A stretch of DNA of 64,000 nt from Octopus bimaculoides (Eukaryota): NCBI RefSeq assembly GCF_001194135.2, contig NC_068981.1:145771617-145835616 (forward strand), given 5' to 3'. The position numbers and the translations under genes were made by a program. Below are positions 39,714 to 51,170 of the stretch, in pieces (within the stretch, counting starts at the first letter, position 1; the number at the start of each line of letters is the position of its first letter). Under the pieces are notes generated by a model. The model did no database searches. It was given only the letters and a program-made list of their open reading frames with translations, and was not told where the DNA came from.

Positions 39714-41305
39714 TATTTCCTGTTTTTAAGCGAAGCAATAAAAAACACCTGCCTGATGTGTTGTACAGTGGGATTGAACCTGAAACCACCTAGCTGAAGA
39801 GTGAACTTTTTAACCACTCAGCCATGCCACATATATTTTTGCTGAGAAAGAAAGAGGGGATGCCAGCAAAACACTTAAAACTTCCTTTTTATGCTTAATC
39901 TACTTTGTCATTTTGCCTCAGTCACCAGGCAAGAAGTAGCTGCTATGTGATTGCTCAACTTGATAGAAATTGCTGCCAAATTTCCCTCAAATATCATGTC
40001 CTAGTGTCTTAAAACTAGAAGATGTATGTATTCAGGATAATGCAATTATGGATACATTATACCTTGACAAAAATCTGAATGATCTTCTCTATTGGCATTA
40101 CTAGCATATCTGAAAATCAAAGTATGAAAGCAAAATGTATATGAGGAGTGGTAATTATCATTATTATGTTTGAGATGAGGCATCGGTAAACTATAGGCCC
40201 AACCCACTTATTTAATTAAATATGACATTTTTTTTTCAAACGAAAATTCTTGGTTTTGTCTCTAGATTAGAGAACAATAAAATTCAGTATGGGAGAAAAA
40301 AAAAGTCTCACTTATACAGCATGTTGAAATTAATATTCTATGTTAAAAAGAAATTTTTCATTTGGTAAAAAATGAGTTCTTTTCCCAAGTGCAAGAAATA
40401 TGTTTTCACCTGAATGAAGCTAGGGAGATTAACAGAGTTTCATACACTGGAACAAAATAGTTAAATTGAATAATAGAGACTAAGAAGGTACAATTTGTAT
40501 GTTGAGGGAATTGAGTTAACTGGTCAATACCGCATTTACCCCGAAACCATTAAGGAAAAAAAAAAATCGCCCCTAACAGTTTAACTAAAAATGTTATAAC
40601 GTTTCACTGTATACCGGGTTTATATTTGGTACAAACCGATTTTTGCAGCAGTTAATGTTTAAAATGATTCCTTCAATACAACAGAAAACTACTCCCACTC
40701 AATAATAGAAAAAAAAGCTGTTTCGATCCTAATGCTTTCAGTTTTTATTTGCTTTAGCTCGTAAGATAACATTTCCAATCCAGTCCGCCTCTAAAATAGT
40801 TTGTCGACCTTCCGACAGACAAAATAAAACGACTGTTTACTGATTTCAGACTCAAAACAAGCTTTATTCAGGGAGACTATTCAGAACATTTAACACTGTA
40901 TAAAAGAGTCAGAAGAAAAAAATTTATTGTTATTTTAATTCTGTACTGCTTAATAGCTAAACTAATTTTTAAAGAAATGCTTATTACGGCTTCTTGCAAC
41001 TATGCTGTTTCTAACGAAGGAATGCCAGATACGCTATTTAACACCAGTATCTACACTCTACACTTATTGACAATGTAACTATTATAGATAAAAAAATAAA
41101 TAAACGTTATCTTATATCTTAAAAAAAAATACAAAGTATTTTCTTGTCTATTGTTCTGAAAAAGTCATAAACAACTCTGTTTCGACGCAAAAAAAAAAAA
41201 ANNNNNNNNNNGTTATCTTAGAGAAGTCGGTGATTGCCAGAGATCCTCGTAGATAACTTACTATTAAAAACGTGTATAATTTTTCATTATCTTCAACGAT
41301 GGTTT

Positions 41306-41554
41306 GGTACTACTAAAGCAGCGCGGACCCGAACGCGCAGTCGCGCGTCCGCGCTAGCTAGTCGTGAGTGGTCGATCCCAACCCTAACCCTATTCCTAAC
41401 CCTAAACACGTATTCATTTGCAAACGCGGGTTAGGGATAGGGTTAGGGTTAGGGACAGGGTTAGGTTTAGGGTTAGGGTTAGGATCGACCACTCAAGACT
41501 AGCTAGCGCGGACGCGCGACTGCGCGTTCGGGTCCGCGCTGCTTTAGTAGTACC
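41306..41554. mobile_element. 249-bp TIR element (MITE-like) enclosing CCCTAA-like and TTAGGG-like arrays
   Basis: 73-bp TIRs (41306-41378 and 41482-41554) with one mismatch. Interior is degenerate (CCCTAA)n, a ~20-nt spacer, then (TTAGGG)n. No TSD found. Confidence 0.85.
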
Positions 41555-41933
41555 TCATAACAATACCTTGGTGCGATGTTGAGTTTGCGTGCTTCTTTAT
41601 TTGTTTATTTATTTACCGATTTCTTGCTTTTTCTTTATCTTTTTGGGGTTTTTCCCCCCCATTTTCTTACTGTTTACATGAATAAATTGTATTCATTTTG
41701 TCATTAAATTGTTCTGAAACTTTAGAGTAATATTCTCAATATATATATATATATATATATATTATAGCAGTTTGCATTAAAAAAGGTTAGGTATAAAATA
41801 ACATTCTTTTTTATCTATAATAATTATATAGCAACAGATGTTATTTTAAGCTTTAATTTACGATCTATTAGAAGTAAAATAATAAAAATAAGCTGATCAG
41901 AATTAAGACAAAAATTTGTTCTTATTTTGTTAC

Positions 41934-42033
41934 CTTCAGGTACACGCACTTCAAATTCTTCGCTATAATTGATAGACTGTGGTCGCGTTTCCACTTTTGC
42001 TTCATCTTGCTGATAAGAATTTTCTTCTTCCAT
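41934..42033 (-). CDS. SLC38A7: SLC38A7-like amino-acid transporter, coding exon 1 (MEEENSYQQDEAKVETRPQSINYSEEFEVRVPE)
   Basis: ATG at 42033 with an in-frame TAA upstream; donor G|GTAAC; 100 nt, phase 1, joins exon 2 in frame (G|TG GGC). The N-tail is not conserved, so support is mainly phase and position. Confidence 0.7.
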
Positions 42034-42152
42034 TTCCAAGTTTCCTATTTACAGAAGGAAACCTTAAGTAGTAAGTGGGAAAAATGGGATCGGTCTTAAA
42101 ACGACTTATAATGATGTACCACAACAGAAACCAAGACGTCCATGTTGCAAAG

Positions 42153-42178
42153 CATGTGACTAATCTCGGTCATGTGAC
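42153..42178 (-). promoter_or_regulatory. Paired M-box/CLEAR-like motifs 120-145 bp upstream of the SLC38A7 ATG
   Basis: CATGTGAC at 42153-42160 and GTCATGTGAC at 42169-42178, both followed by TAAT. TCATGTGA is the MITF/TFE M-box. Confidence 0.5.
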
Positions 42179-43310
42179 TAATTCAAATTGATCTTTACCT
42201 CGTAGTTTAATTATAAACGTTATCAGCAATTAAATTTGATAACTCTAATCTATGTTGAAATTACCTTGTAATTAAAGATTATTGTTTTTTTTAATTAGCC
42301 CTGTTGAGCCATAAATGTGATAAGTTTATTAATCATTCTTTTTCAACAAACTTTTGTGATTATTATAAGCTATTTTCCACATTTCTCTTCAAATTAGAAT
42401 GGTTTAATCTGAGATTTCTTAATGTGGTTGTTATAAAATCGTACTTGCAATAATTCAGTGGAAGGGAGCAGGAGATCTTGTTAAATTGCGTAACTTTAAA
42501 TGCCTGTAACTTTTTTATTAATTTCTAGGTAGAATGATTGTGATTTTCCTCATCAGCGTTCAGAAATACAATTTTTGAAAATAATCTGGTAAAAATTTGA
42601 AAAACTTCGAGTGGTTGGAAGAAATTTAACAAGAATCAAAACATGATTTACAAAAGTGAACACTAAGATAATTGGGAAAAAAAAAAAAAATAGTCATCTT
42701 CATACTTGTGGAAACTGGTGCTACTCTAAATCTTTTTTAAGTCACCCAAATCGGGCCTGATCAAACAAAACTATGATCAAAAGTAATCCTGTGAAAACAG
42801 AATCGTGTCTTTTATACATAATGTACTTCAGATTACTGTCTCCAATGTGTTGTTTTACATTTATATTTTCTTTTTTGTTTTTAGAAATTTACTTGAGGTG
42901 ATCGACTCCCTTGTTANNNNNNNNNNNNNNNNNNNNNNNNNNNNNNNNNNNNNNNNNNNNNNNNNNNNNNNNNNNNNNNNNNNNNNNNNNNNNNNNNNNN
43001 NNNNNNNNNNNNNNNNNNNNNNNNNNNNNNNNNNNNNNNNNNNNNNNNNNNNNNNNNNNNNNNNNGGGGGGGGGAGGCAGCGAGCTGCCAGAATAACGTA
43101 GAGGCGGCCAAAATGCTTAACGGGTCTTCGTCCGTCTTTACTTTCGGAGTTCAAATTCCCCTTCAGGGATGACCAAATAAATAATGTAAACCACATTCAT
43201 ATTCTTTCTTCCTTGCTTTTCATTGATACCAGTCCAACATATCTAACATCATCTGCTACACCTGACAACTTACATTGATCCCTCAACATTGCATTCTGCT
43301 ACAAATGCAG

Positions 43311-44247
43311 TGTAGTAAATTATACGTAAATCCTCAGATTAAAGGAAAAACAGAAATGACAAAAAAAAAAAGATCAACTTGTGCAGCTTTAGTGAAACCA
43401 CCTCTCTCACGGTTATTTATTTACAAATGCGAACGTAGCAGGTAACAACTCTTTCCCGCCTCTGGACCCCGGCTGTTGTCCATCACCTGACTGACTCTTA
43501 TTTGCGCGGCAATTGTCTCCAGTCCTTTCGTGCCAGGATGCAGACCGACCAATCGTGGCCATCTAATAAGGTCACGTGAGAGAGTGTTTTCTGATGTTCT
43601 CTGGATCCTCCTTGTACCTATAAATAGCCTGTTTTAACCTGCGCCACTTTGTCGCGGCTTCAGATCTTCTAAGATCTAGTCGTTGACCACACACGTAACA
43701 CCAGCCAGCCAGTTTCCAGCGACGACATCAACAACATCGTTCAACTGTTTACTACAACCTTCGTCGCCAACGTCAACATGACTTCTCCACGTACACAAGC
43801 AACCGTAGCTTCTCAACCCTGTTTGTGTGATTTGCTCACCGGAATTCGACCCCTGCGAGAAACCATCTGTATCAAGAATCCGGCCCAGCATAGAAGCCTC
43901 AACTGCACGACAAGTGACTTAGCTCTGCCTCAACCTTAACCTCTTATATACAGACTTTCTAACTACTGTGTACCTTAACAGAACTGGTATTTTCTTATCC
44001 GTGTTAGTGACTCTTTTCTATCCTCTGTATCTCTTGCATTCACATATATATATTTGTATACACACTCTTTGTTTACATGACGGCCTGTCTTATATTGTGT
44101 TTTATTATGTCGCATTCACTCACACACAGACATACAGTTTAATGCTCCAATAAACCTTACTGTTATTCATCTTTATCGGTTGAGTCATCTTCTATCTTTT
44201 CCTTGCTGGTAAATTTACTAGTTCACTTATGTTATAGTATTATAACA
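43311..44247 (+). mobile_element. LTR-like segment
   Basis: TGTAGTA...TATAACA ends, TATAAATA near 43620, AATAAA near 44148 and a weak PBS-like TGTGTCGACCGTG just downstream. No TSD seen. Confidence 0.45.
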
Positions 44248-44792
44248 TATTATCATATATTTTGTGTCGACCGTGCGACGCGTTAAAAGGAGTCTGTTTC
44301 CATTCGCCACCATTTCTCCTTTGGTTCACACGGTCGTCTACACAGCGTTAATTTTAGGATTGATGCAGCGCGTTCCTATACAACAGCATCAGAAATCATC
44401 TGGTACGCAAGAAACCCTTAATTTTTCAATTTTGGTTTTCTTCACATGTATGTTTTAAACATCTGGAATTTTTCAGATTTGTTTTAAATATTTGAGATTT
44501 TTGAGAGAAAAAGATCATAAAAACTTGAAACTGTAGAAAGGATGGATAGACAGGGGAGCTAAATTCCAACCCACTTTTTTTCTCTTTTGCCGAATCTTTA
44601 TCTACAATGCTTAAAACACACACATCCAAAAGCATTGCAGTTTGGGGATGCTGGATAATATCCAACTCTATTCTAAAGGAATGCTTCATACAATATTTTT
44701 AATTTAGTTACCTAAAATGTATATTTCAGAATTATCTGGCAACATAAAAATACTTTTCAATTAAATCTTTCTATTCATCTTCTACACCTTTT

Positions 44793-45168
44793 GCTTAGCC
44801 TCTGTGCATACGTAAATATTACCCTTCAGTTTTGAAACATGAACATAATTTCTTATTTCTTTATTGCCCACAAGGGGCTAAACATAGAGGGGACAAACAA
44901 GGACAGGCAAAGGGATTAAGTCGATTACATCGACCCCAGTGCGTAACTGGTACTTAATTTATGAACCCCGAGAGGATGAAAGGCAAAGTCGACCTTGGCG
45001 GAATTTGAACCCAGAACGTAGCGGCAGATGAAATACCGCTAAGCACCTCTTTGTCCGTCCTTGTTTGTCCCCTCTATGTTTAGCCCCTTGTGGGCAATAA
45101 AGAAATAAGAAATTATGTTCATGTTTCAAAACTGACGGGTAATATTTACGTATGCACAGAGGTTAAGC
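44793..45168. repeat. About 112-bp near-perfect inverted duplication bracketing a 5'-truncated SINE
   Basis: GCTTAGCCTCTGTGCATACG...GGACAAACAAGGAC is mirrored at ~45057-45168 with 2 mismatches seen. Confidence 0.9.
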
Positions 45169-45962
45169 ATTGTCGATGCGTGGGCACCAGTCAGTCGCCC
45201 GGGGCACCATGTGCTAGGGGGTGCCAAGGAGGACATGACAAAGACAAAGAAACTTCCATGACTGTCAGCTTGTACACACCAAAGTTCAGCTTGCCCAGGG
45301 CACCAGCAACTCTAGGACTGACCATGCCTCTACCTGTGTTAGAGTGTTGAACTTTGCAGTATTTCTACGTTCAGAATTCAAATCCTGCTTAGGTCAACGT
45401 TGCCTTTCATCTACCTGGGGTCGATAAAAAAAAAACTGTTACTTTATTAAGTAACAGTTAAGTACCAAGTTGATGTAATGGACTAACTCACTGTCTTCTA
45501 AATTGCTGCCCTTGTACCAGAAACCATTGTTATTTGCTGCTTGAAAACAAATTGGTAAATTTATGGAACACCCTCTCAGTTACAGTGGGAGGATCTTTTT
45601 GGTTTGACGGGCAACACTTGTTTTCTTAATGAAACATTTTCAAACTTGGGACACTGGTAGAATGTATCATATAAAACAACTTTTTCTCTTAGCCTCCTTA
45701 ACAAAAAATCGTACATCGCAAGTTATTTCATGTTAAAGTTGTCGTATTTCTGTAATTTCAACTAATCACTGACGTCTATTCAGCTGAATACAGTTACTAC
45801 CGAGGCGGTGTATATGGGTGGTGGTGGTGGTGATGGTCGCTGGTGGCGAGGATGGTGGTGATGAAGACAGTAGTGCCAGTTTGCAGTGGTGGCGGCGATT
45901 GTGATGATAATGATGACTGCAGTGGTTCTGAAGGAAGTAGTAGTAGTAGTAGTAGTACAACA

Positions 45963-47190
45963 CATGTGGGGAGCCGCATGACACAGTTCCGAGGGTGGCA
46001 CTTCGGTCACAGTTCCGAGGGTGGCACTTTAACAGGTTCTGACCATTCCTGCACCGAAAGCATCATTAAACGCAAGTCCAGCTGACAAGCCATCGACGTC
46101 AAATAGTCCAATCCCAATATGCACTGATCCTCCATCTCCACCAACTTCTTGTCCGGCAACATCGATCCGGACTTTAACCGGCCCTCTCAGCTCAGTACAA
46201 TATCCGGTTACACCATACAATTCCTGCGATGACTGGCAGATCTAGGTGCTGCAACACGTCGGATCTCACAAAAGTCTGTCCCGAGGCCGAATCAATCACC
46301 AGAGAACACGCCTGGCCGTTAACTTGGAACTGTGCCATAGGGCTCCCCAGATGTGCCACCCAAGAAGTGCCACCCTCAATGGGCCACCCTTGGAACTGTG
46401 CAATAGGGTTCCCCATATGTGCCACTTAGGAAGTTCCACCGTGCCACCCTCGGAGTGTGCCATAGGGCTCCCCAGATGTGCCACCCAGAAAGTGCCACCC
46501 TCGGAGTGTGCCTAGGGCTCCCNNNNNNNNNNNNNNNNNNNNNNNNNNNNNNNNNNNNNNNNNNNNNNNNNNNNNNNNNNNNNNNNNNNNNNNNNNNNNN
46601 NNNNNNNNNNNNNNNNNNNNNNNNNNNNNNNNNNNNNNNNNNNNNNNNNNNNNNNNNNNNNNNNNNNNNNNNNNNNNNNNNNNNNNNNNNNNNNNNNNNN
46701 NNNNNNNNNNNNNNNNNNNNNNNNNNNNNNNNNNNNNNNNNNNNNNNNNNNNNNNNNNNNNNNNNNNNNNNNNNNNNNNNNNNNNNNNNNNNNNNNNNNN
46801 NNNNNNNNNNNNNNNNNNNNNNNNNNNNNNNNNNNNNNNNNNNNNNNNNNNNNNNNNNNNNNNNNNNNNNNNNNNNNNNNNNNNNNNNNNCACTTCCTAG
46901 GTGGCACTTCTGGAGAGCTCCATGGCACAGTTCCGAGGGTGACACTTCCTAAGTGGCACTTCTGGGGAGCCCCATTGCACAGTACCACCCTCGGAACTGT
47001 GCCATGTGACTCCCCGGATGTGCCACCCTTGGAAGTGCAACACTCGGAACTGTGCCATAGGGCTCCGCAGAAGTGCCATCCTCGGAAGTGCCACACTCGG
47101 AATTGTGCCATGGGGCTCGCCAGATGTGCCACCCAGGAATTGCCAAGCTCAGAACTGTGCCATGGTGCTCTCCAGAAGTGCCACTCTTGA
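45963..47190. repeat. GC-rich minisatellite with a unit of about 52 bp, in both orientations, partly in a gap
   Basis: Unit approximately AAGTGCCACCCTCGGAACTGTGCCATAGGGCTCCCCAGATGTGCCACCCAGG. Reverse at 45963-46029 and 46891-46982; forward at 46324-46522 and 46983-47190. Confidence 0.9.
46140..46325 (-). mobile_element. Gypsy-type aspartic protease fragment, frameshifted
   Basis: QVNGQACSLVIDSASGQTFVRSDVL, then in another frame YGVTGYCTELRGPVKVRIDVAG. The catalytic D-S/T-G motif is altered to DSA. Confidence 0.7.
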
Positions 47191-47299
47191 AAGTGCCAGG
47201 CATAAGGCCAGCAATTTTCGTGGGAGGGCATAACATTGACCCCAGTGTTCACCTGGTAATTATTTTGGTGAATAAAATAAGTACCAGTTGAGCACTGGT

Positions 47300-47624
47300 G
47301 GAGGCGCGTGGCTTAGTGGTTAGGGTGTCAGCATCATGATCGTAAGATTGTGGTTTCGATTCCTGTCCCGGGCGACGCGTTGTGTTCTTGAGCAAAACAC
47401 TTCATTTCACGTTGCTCCAGTCCACTCAGCTGGTAACGCAGCGATGGACTGGCGTCCCCCAGTATACACCATTGAAACCGGGAAACCGGGCCCATGAGCC
47501 TGGCTAGGCTTTAAAAAGGCCGCAACTGCGATGGACTGGCGTCCCGTCCAGCTGGAGGGAACACATACGCCATAGAAACCGGGAAACCGGGCCCATGAGC
47601 CTGGCCAGGCTTTAAAAGGGCGCA
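47300..47624 (+). mobile_element. tRNA-derived SINE with V-domain-like tail present twice in tandem
   Basis: A and B boxes and TTGAGCAAAACACT core. GCGATGGACTGGCGTCCC...GAAACCGGGAAACCGGGCCCATGAGCCTGG occurs twice, then (GA)n. Confidence 0.75.
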
Positions 47625-47681
<57 letters not shown>

Positions 47682-48919
47682 TGTGTTGAGCATTGAGGTC
47701 GAAACTACTGGTCTTGTGCCAAAATTTTAAATCAATATTAATTCTATATTAGCATTTATAACTATGTTACTCATTGTTCGATATGCAAATATATAAAGTA
47801 AATTCCTAAAGGTAGCGAAATTACTTTTCTTATGAATATTTATGTATTCATAAATTAGGTGCCACCTTAATNNNNNNNNNNNNNNNNNNNNNNNNNNNNN
47901 NNNNNNNNNNNNNNNNNNNNNNNNNNNNNNNNNNNNNNNNNNNNNNNNNNNNNNNNNNNNNNNNNNNNNNNGCTTCTTTTCATTCTCTTTCACCCTGGCT
48001 GGCGAAGAGCCTAGACGTCGTCAGTAGCCACTCTCCAACATTCCAACTCTGGAGCTACACAAATAACCACGCAACTTCATTGACGGCGTCTCAGCAACCA
48101 AAGGGCGAAGTGCTGCTGAATTCTATTGTAATAAATATTGTTGTGCTGATAGTTCAAAATCTGCGTTCCGTTGTTTCTTCAAGAAATTTAATGTACGGAA
48201 GCGGAGTACACCTAATGGTGTATAACCACTTCCCTACACTTTCAAACATCACTTCAGTACAGTTAAGTGAATCTTTATGTTTTCAATTCAAGTATCACAT
48301 TGTATTTTCTTAAATTTAAATTATCAATTTCATCGCTATCAATATACAAAAAATGTATATCAATACGTGATATTTTGATTAAATTAGGGGAAAATATTTT
48401 CCAGTTGTATAAATTTCTGTAGAATGCGTTTCTTTTAAGAAAACGGGCATAAATAAAAGAAAACTAAGCAGTTTGTCACTTTAATAGCATTTAATGAATA
48501 CATAAAGTTGACTCACCTATGCAGGGGAAAATTACCTACATGCAAAGCATTCCATATATTACACATCCTACATGTAGTACGTGTTTACTTTTAATTATTT
48601 CTTTTTTTAAAAAAGAATCCTTTTCATTTTTTTTCTCTTGTTAGCTAATGTCGTCTATCGTTGTCCATAAGTTATAAACAAATGTTTCGATTGAGCAGAT
48701 GATATTTAATTGCACGGAAGCGCATGGGATAAAGGAAGGAATTTATAAAAATAAAAATATGTGAACAAACTACACTTTTGGCTCAGTCCAAGTCATTTAC
48801 CAATTGAGATTATTTTCATTTCTTTTCATCTTATTTCATTTCAGCAATCTATCTATTTGTATATCTATCAATATATATATATATATCTATTTGCATAACT
48901 ATAGATATAACTGTGAACT

Positions 48920-49078
48920 CATCTACCTACCTACCTACCTACCTACCTACCTACCTACCTACCTACCTGCCTGCCTGCCTGCCTGCCTGCCTGTCTGCCT
49001 GCCTGTCTGTTTGTCTGTCTGTCTGCGTGCCTGCCTGTCTGTCAAACTATCTGTCTGTCAAACTATCTGTCTGTCTAA
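48920..49078 (+). repeat. Compound tetranucleotide microsatellite (CTAC)n-(CTGC)n-(CTGT)n
   Basis: Read directly. Many (TA)n, (CA)n and (GA)n tracts also occur, e.g. 22081-22135, 47625-47682 and 63170-63290. Confidence 0.95.
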
Positions 49079-51128
49079 TTACTACCATATCTACTTTCCC
49101 TCCCGCTGATGAATGTATGTTTACTTTAATAATACCAATAAGCATTTAAACCTAGTTATATAAAGAAAAGAATTATGATGGTGCACCAGCACAGCCACAG
49201 GTTTTGGTTCAGAACACGTAAAAGATAAAAGTGCAACACCCTCAGCTATTTGTTAACCAAGGTTATTTCATTTTAATTTGACTATCTATCGTTATATATC
49301 TTTTATAGCGTTCATTTATAGATCTTCATGATACTGTTTCGTTATTGTTAAACATTTTGATTGTGCTTGCGATTTTAACACACAACTGTGAAATAATATA
49401 TACCGTAAAAATCCATGTAATTTACGCACATTTTTCGGAAAATAAAGATGAACTTTAGTGGTGGTGGTGGGGGGGGGGGATTACAAGAGTAGATCGTTTC
49501 CACAATTTTTTTTAGCATTTTTTTTTGTTGAAAAAAGACGTACAAAATGTAAATATTTGTACAGGAAATAGACTCAGTTAATGCGAGAATAGGTTTTTAC
49601 AGAAAAAATAAGGGCTTAAATATAATGAAGATGACTTTTATTTATGCTGGACTAGCTTATTTTTCTGTATTATTTTTTCTGTATAAATTTACTAAAACCT
49701 TTCGGAATTACGGAGGTATACTTGCATAGCAAGTGACTTGATCTGGGATCGTGTGCTGAAACAAAACCAACTGCAGCATGGAAGATGTTTGTAAGCCATT
49801 CAAACTTGAATTACGGAAAAATATGGATAAGTTCTATTTTTACTTTGCTAAATGATTTTCTAATATTTGAAAATAACATGTATCCTTGTTTTTTATATTA
49901 TTCATTTGGTTTTTTTAAAGATTATTATTTTTAATAGATGACTTATTCAACACTAAATTATTTAGAAGTTAGAGTATCATTTCAACATAATATAAGACTT
50001 CGTTTTGAATAGTGTTGATAAATTTTCAATTATTTTTGATTAATAATATTTGATTAATAATTAGTGTTTATTGTTTATATTATCGTTAAAGGTTTTTTTA
50101 AAATTAAAACTGAGTATATATAAAGTTTAATCTTTTATTCTTAATAATTTTTTTCATTCTTAATTTTTTCATTCATAATTTTTTTATTCATATTTTTATT
50201 TTTATTTCTACGTTTGTAGAAATAAGTATTCTTGTATTTTTCTATTATTCAATTGATTTTTAATGATAATTAAATAAATGTTTTTAGTTTTGAATAGTCT
50301 AGCTTTAACTATTACACTGGTTAAATATGTACTAATTTTATCTTTATTATTATTTTAACATTAAACTTCGTTTAAATTGTATTTAAAACGATAATAATTT
50401 ATGTAAGCTGGTTTTTGTATATAATATACATGTTAGCGTATATTATAATGGATGTAGGGATGATTATGGAATGTTTATTATTTTGATATTTTTAATAATT
50501 TTTCTATCTTTATAAAATAAGTATTTTATATAAATTCATTTGGTACTTATTGTTGGTTGATATATATATTTATTTATTATAATTATTGTTCTATTTAAGA
50601 CCTGACGGTTAGCTATATTTTTGAATAGAATTTCTTTTCGATAATTTTAATTGATTTTAATCGATTTAGATTTCCTTTCTATTTGAAAATTAGTTATGAA
50701 ACACGTGTAGTCATTTTCTTTTCTTTATCTTATGATATTTACTTTGTATTATATTATACTAATTTTGTATTATATTATACTTTTAATTATTAATTTTTCT
50801 ATATGTGATAGTGGATTTTCATCGATGAGTTCATGAAACTTGGTTCTTTTCCCTAAAACTATATATATGCACATATATGTATATGTCTATGTAAAATGCA
50901 AAATAAAAAAAAGTATTAGAGTTTAACTGTTGCCTGTGAAAATAGAGACATATATATATATATGTGTAGACTGTAAGATTATACATATATATGTGTGTGT
51001 ATACGTTTTTATATGATTGTGTGTGCTTGCACATATGTATAGGTAGGTTTATATTTGCATTTATGTATCTAAAACATCGTATTTATTTATCGTTAGACGG
51101 TGGTGAAAGAAACACACACACACACACA

Positions 51129-51170
<42 letters not shown>

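Noticed and set aside
10606-42033. UBXN6 plus SLC38A7 as a functional endolysosomal gene cluster
   Set aside because: Both have lysosome-related roles in mammals, but they are convergent and about 8.5 kb apart, with no shared regulatory evidence. Two genes cannot establish clustering.
46229-47291. Overlapping ORFs with repeated WHF/CH peptides, and a possible CRISPR-like reading of the array
   Set aside because: The ORFs are translations of the minisatellite or run through Ns. There are no unique spacers or cas genes, and the DNA is eukaryotic.
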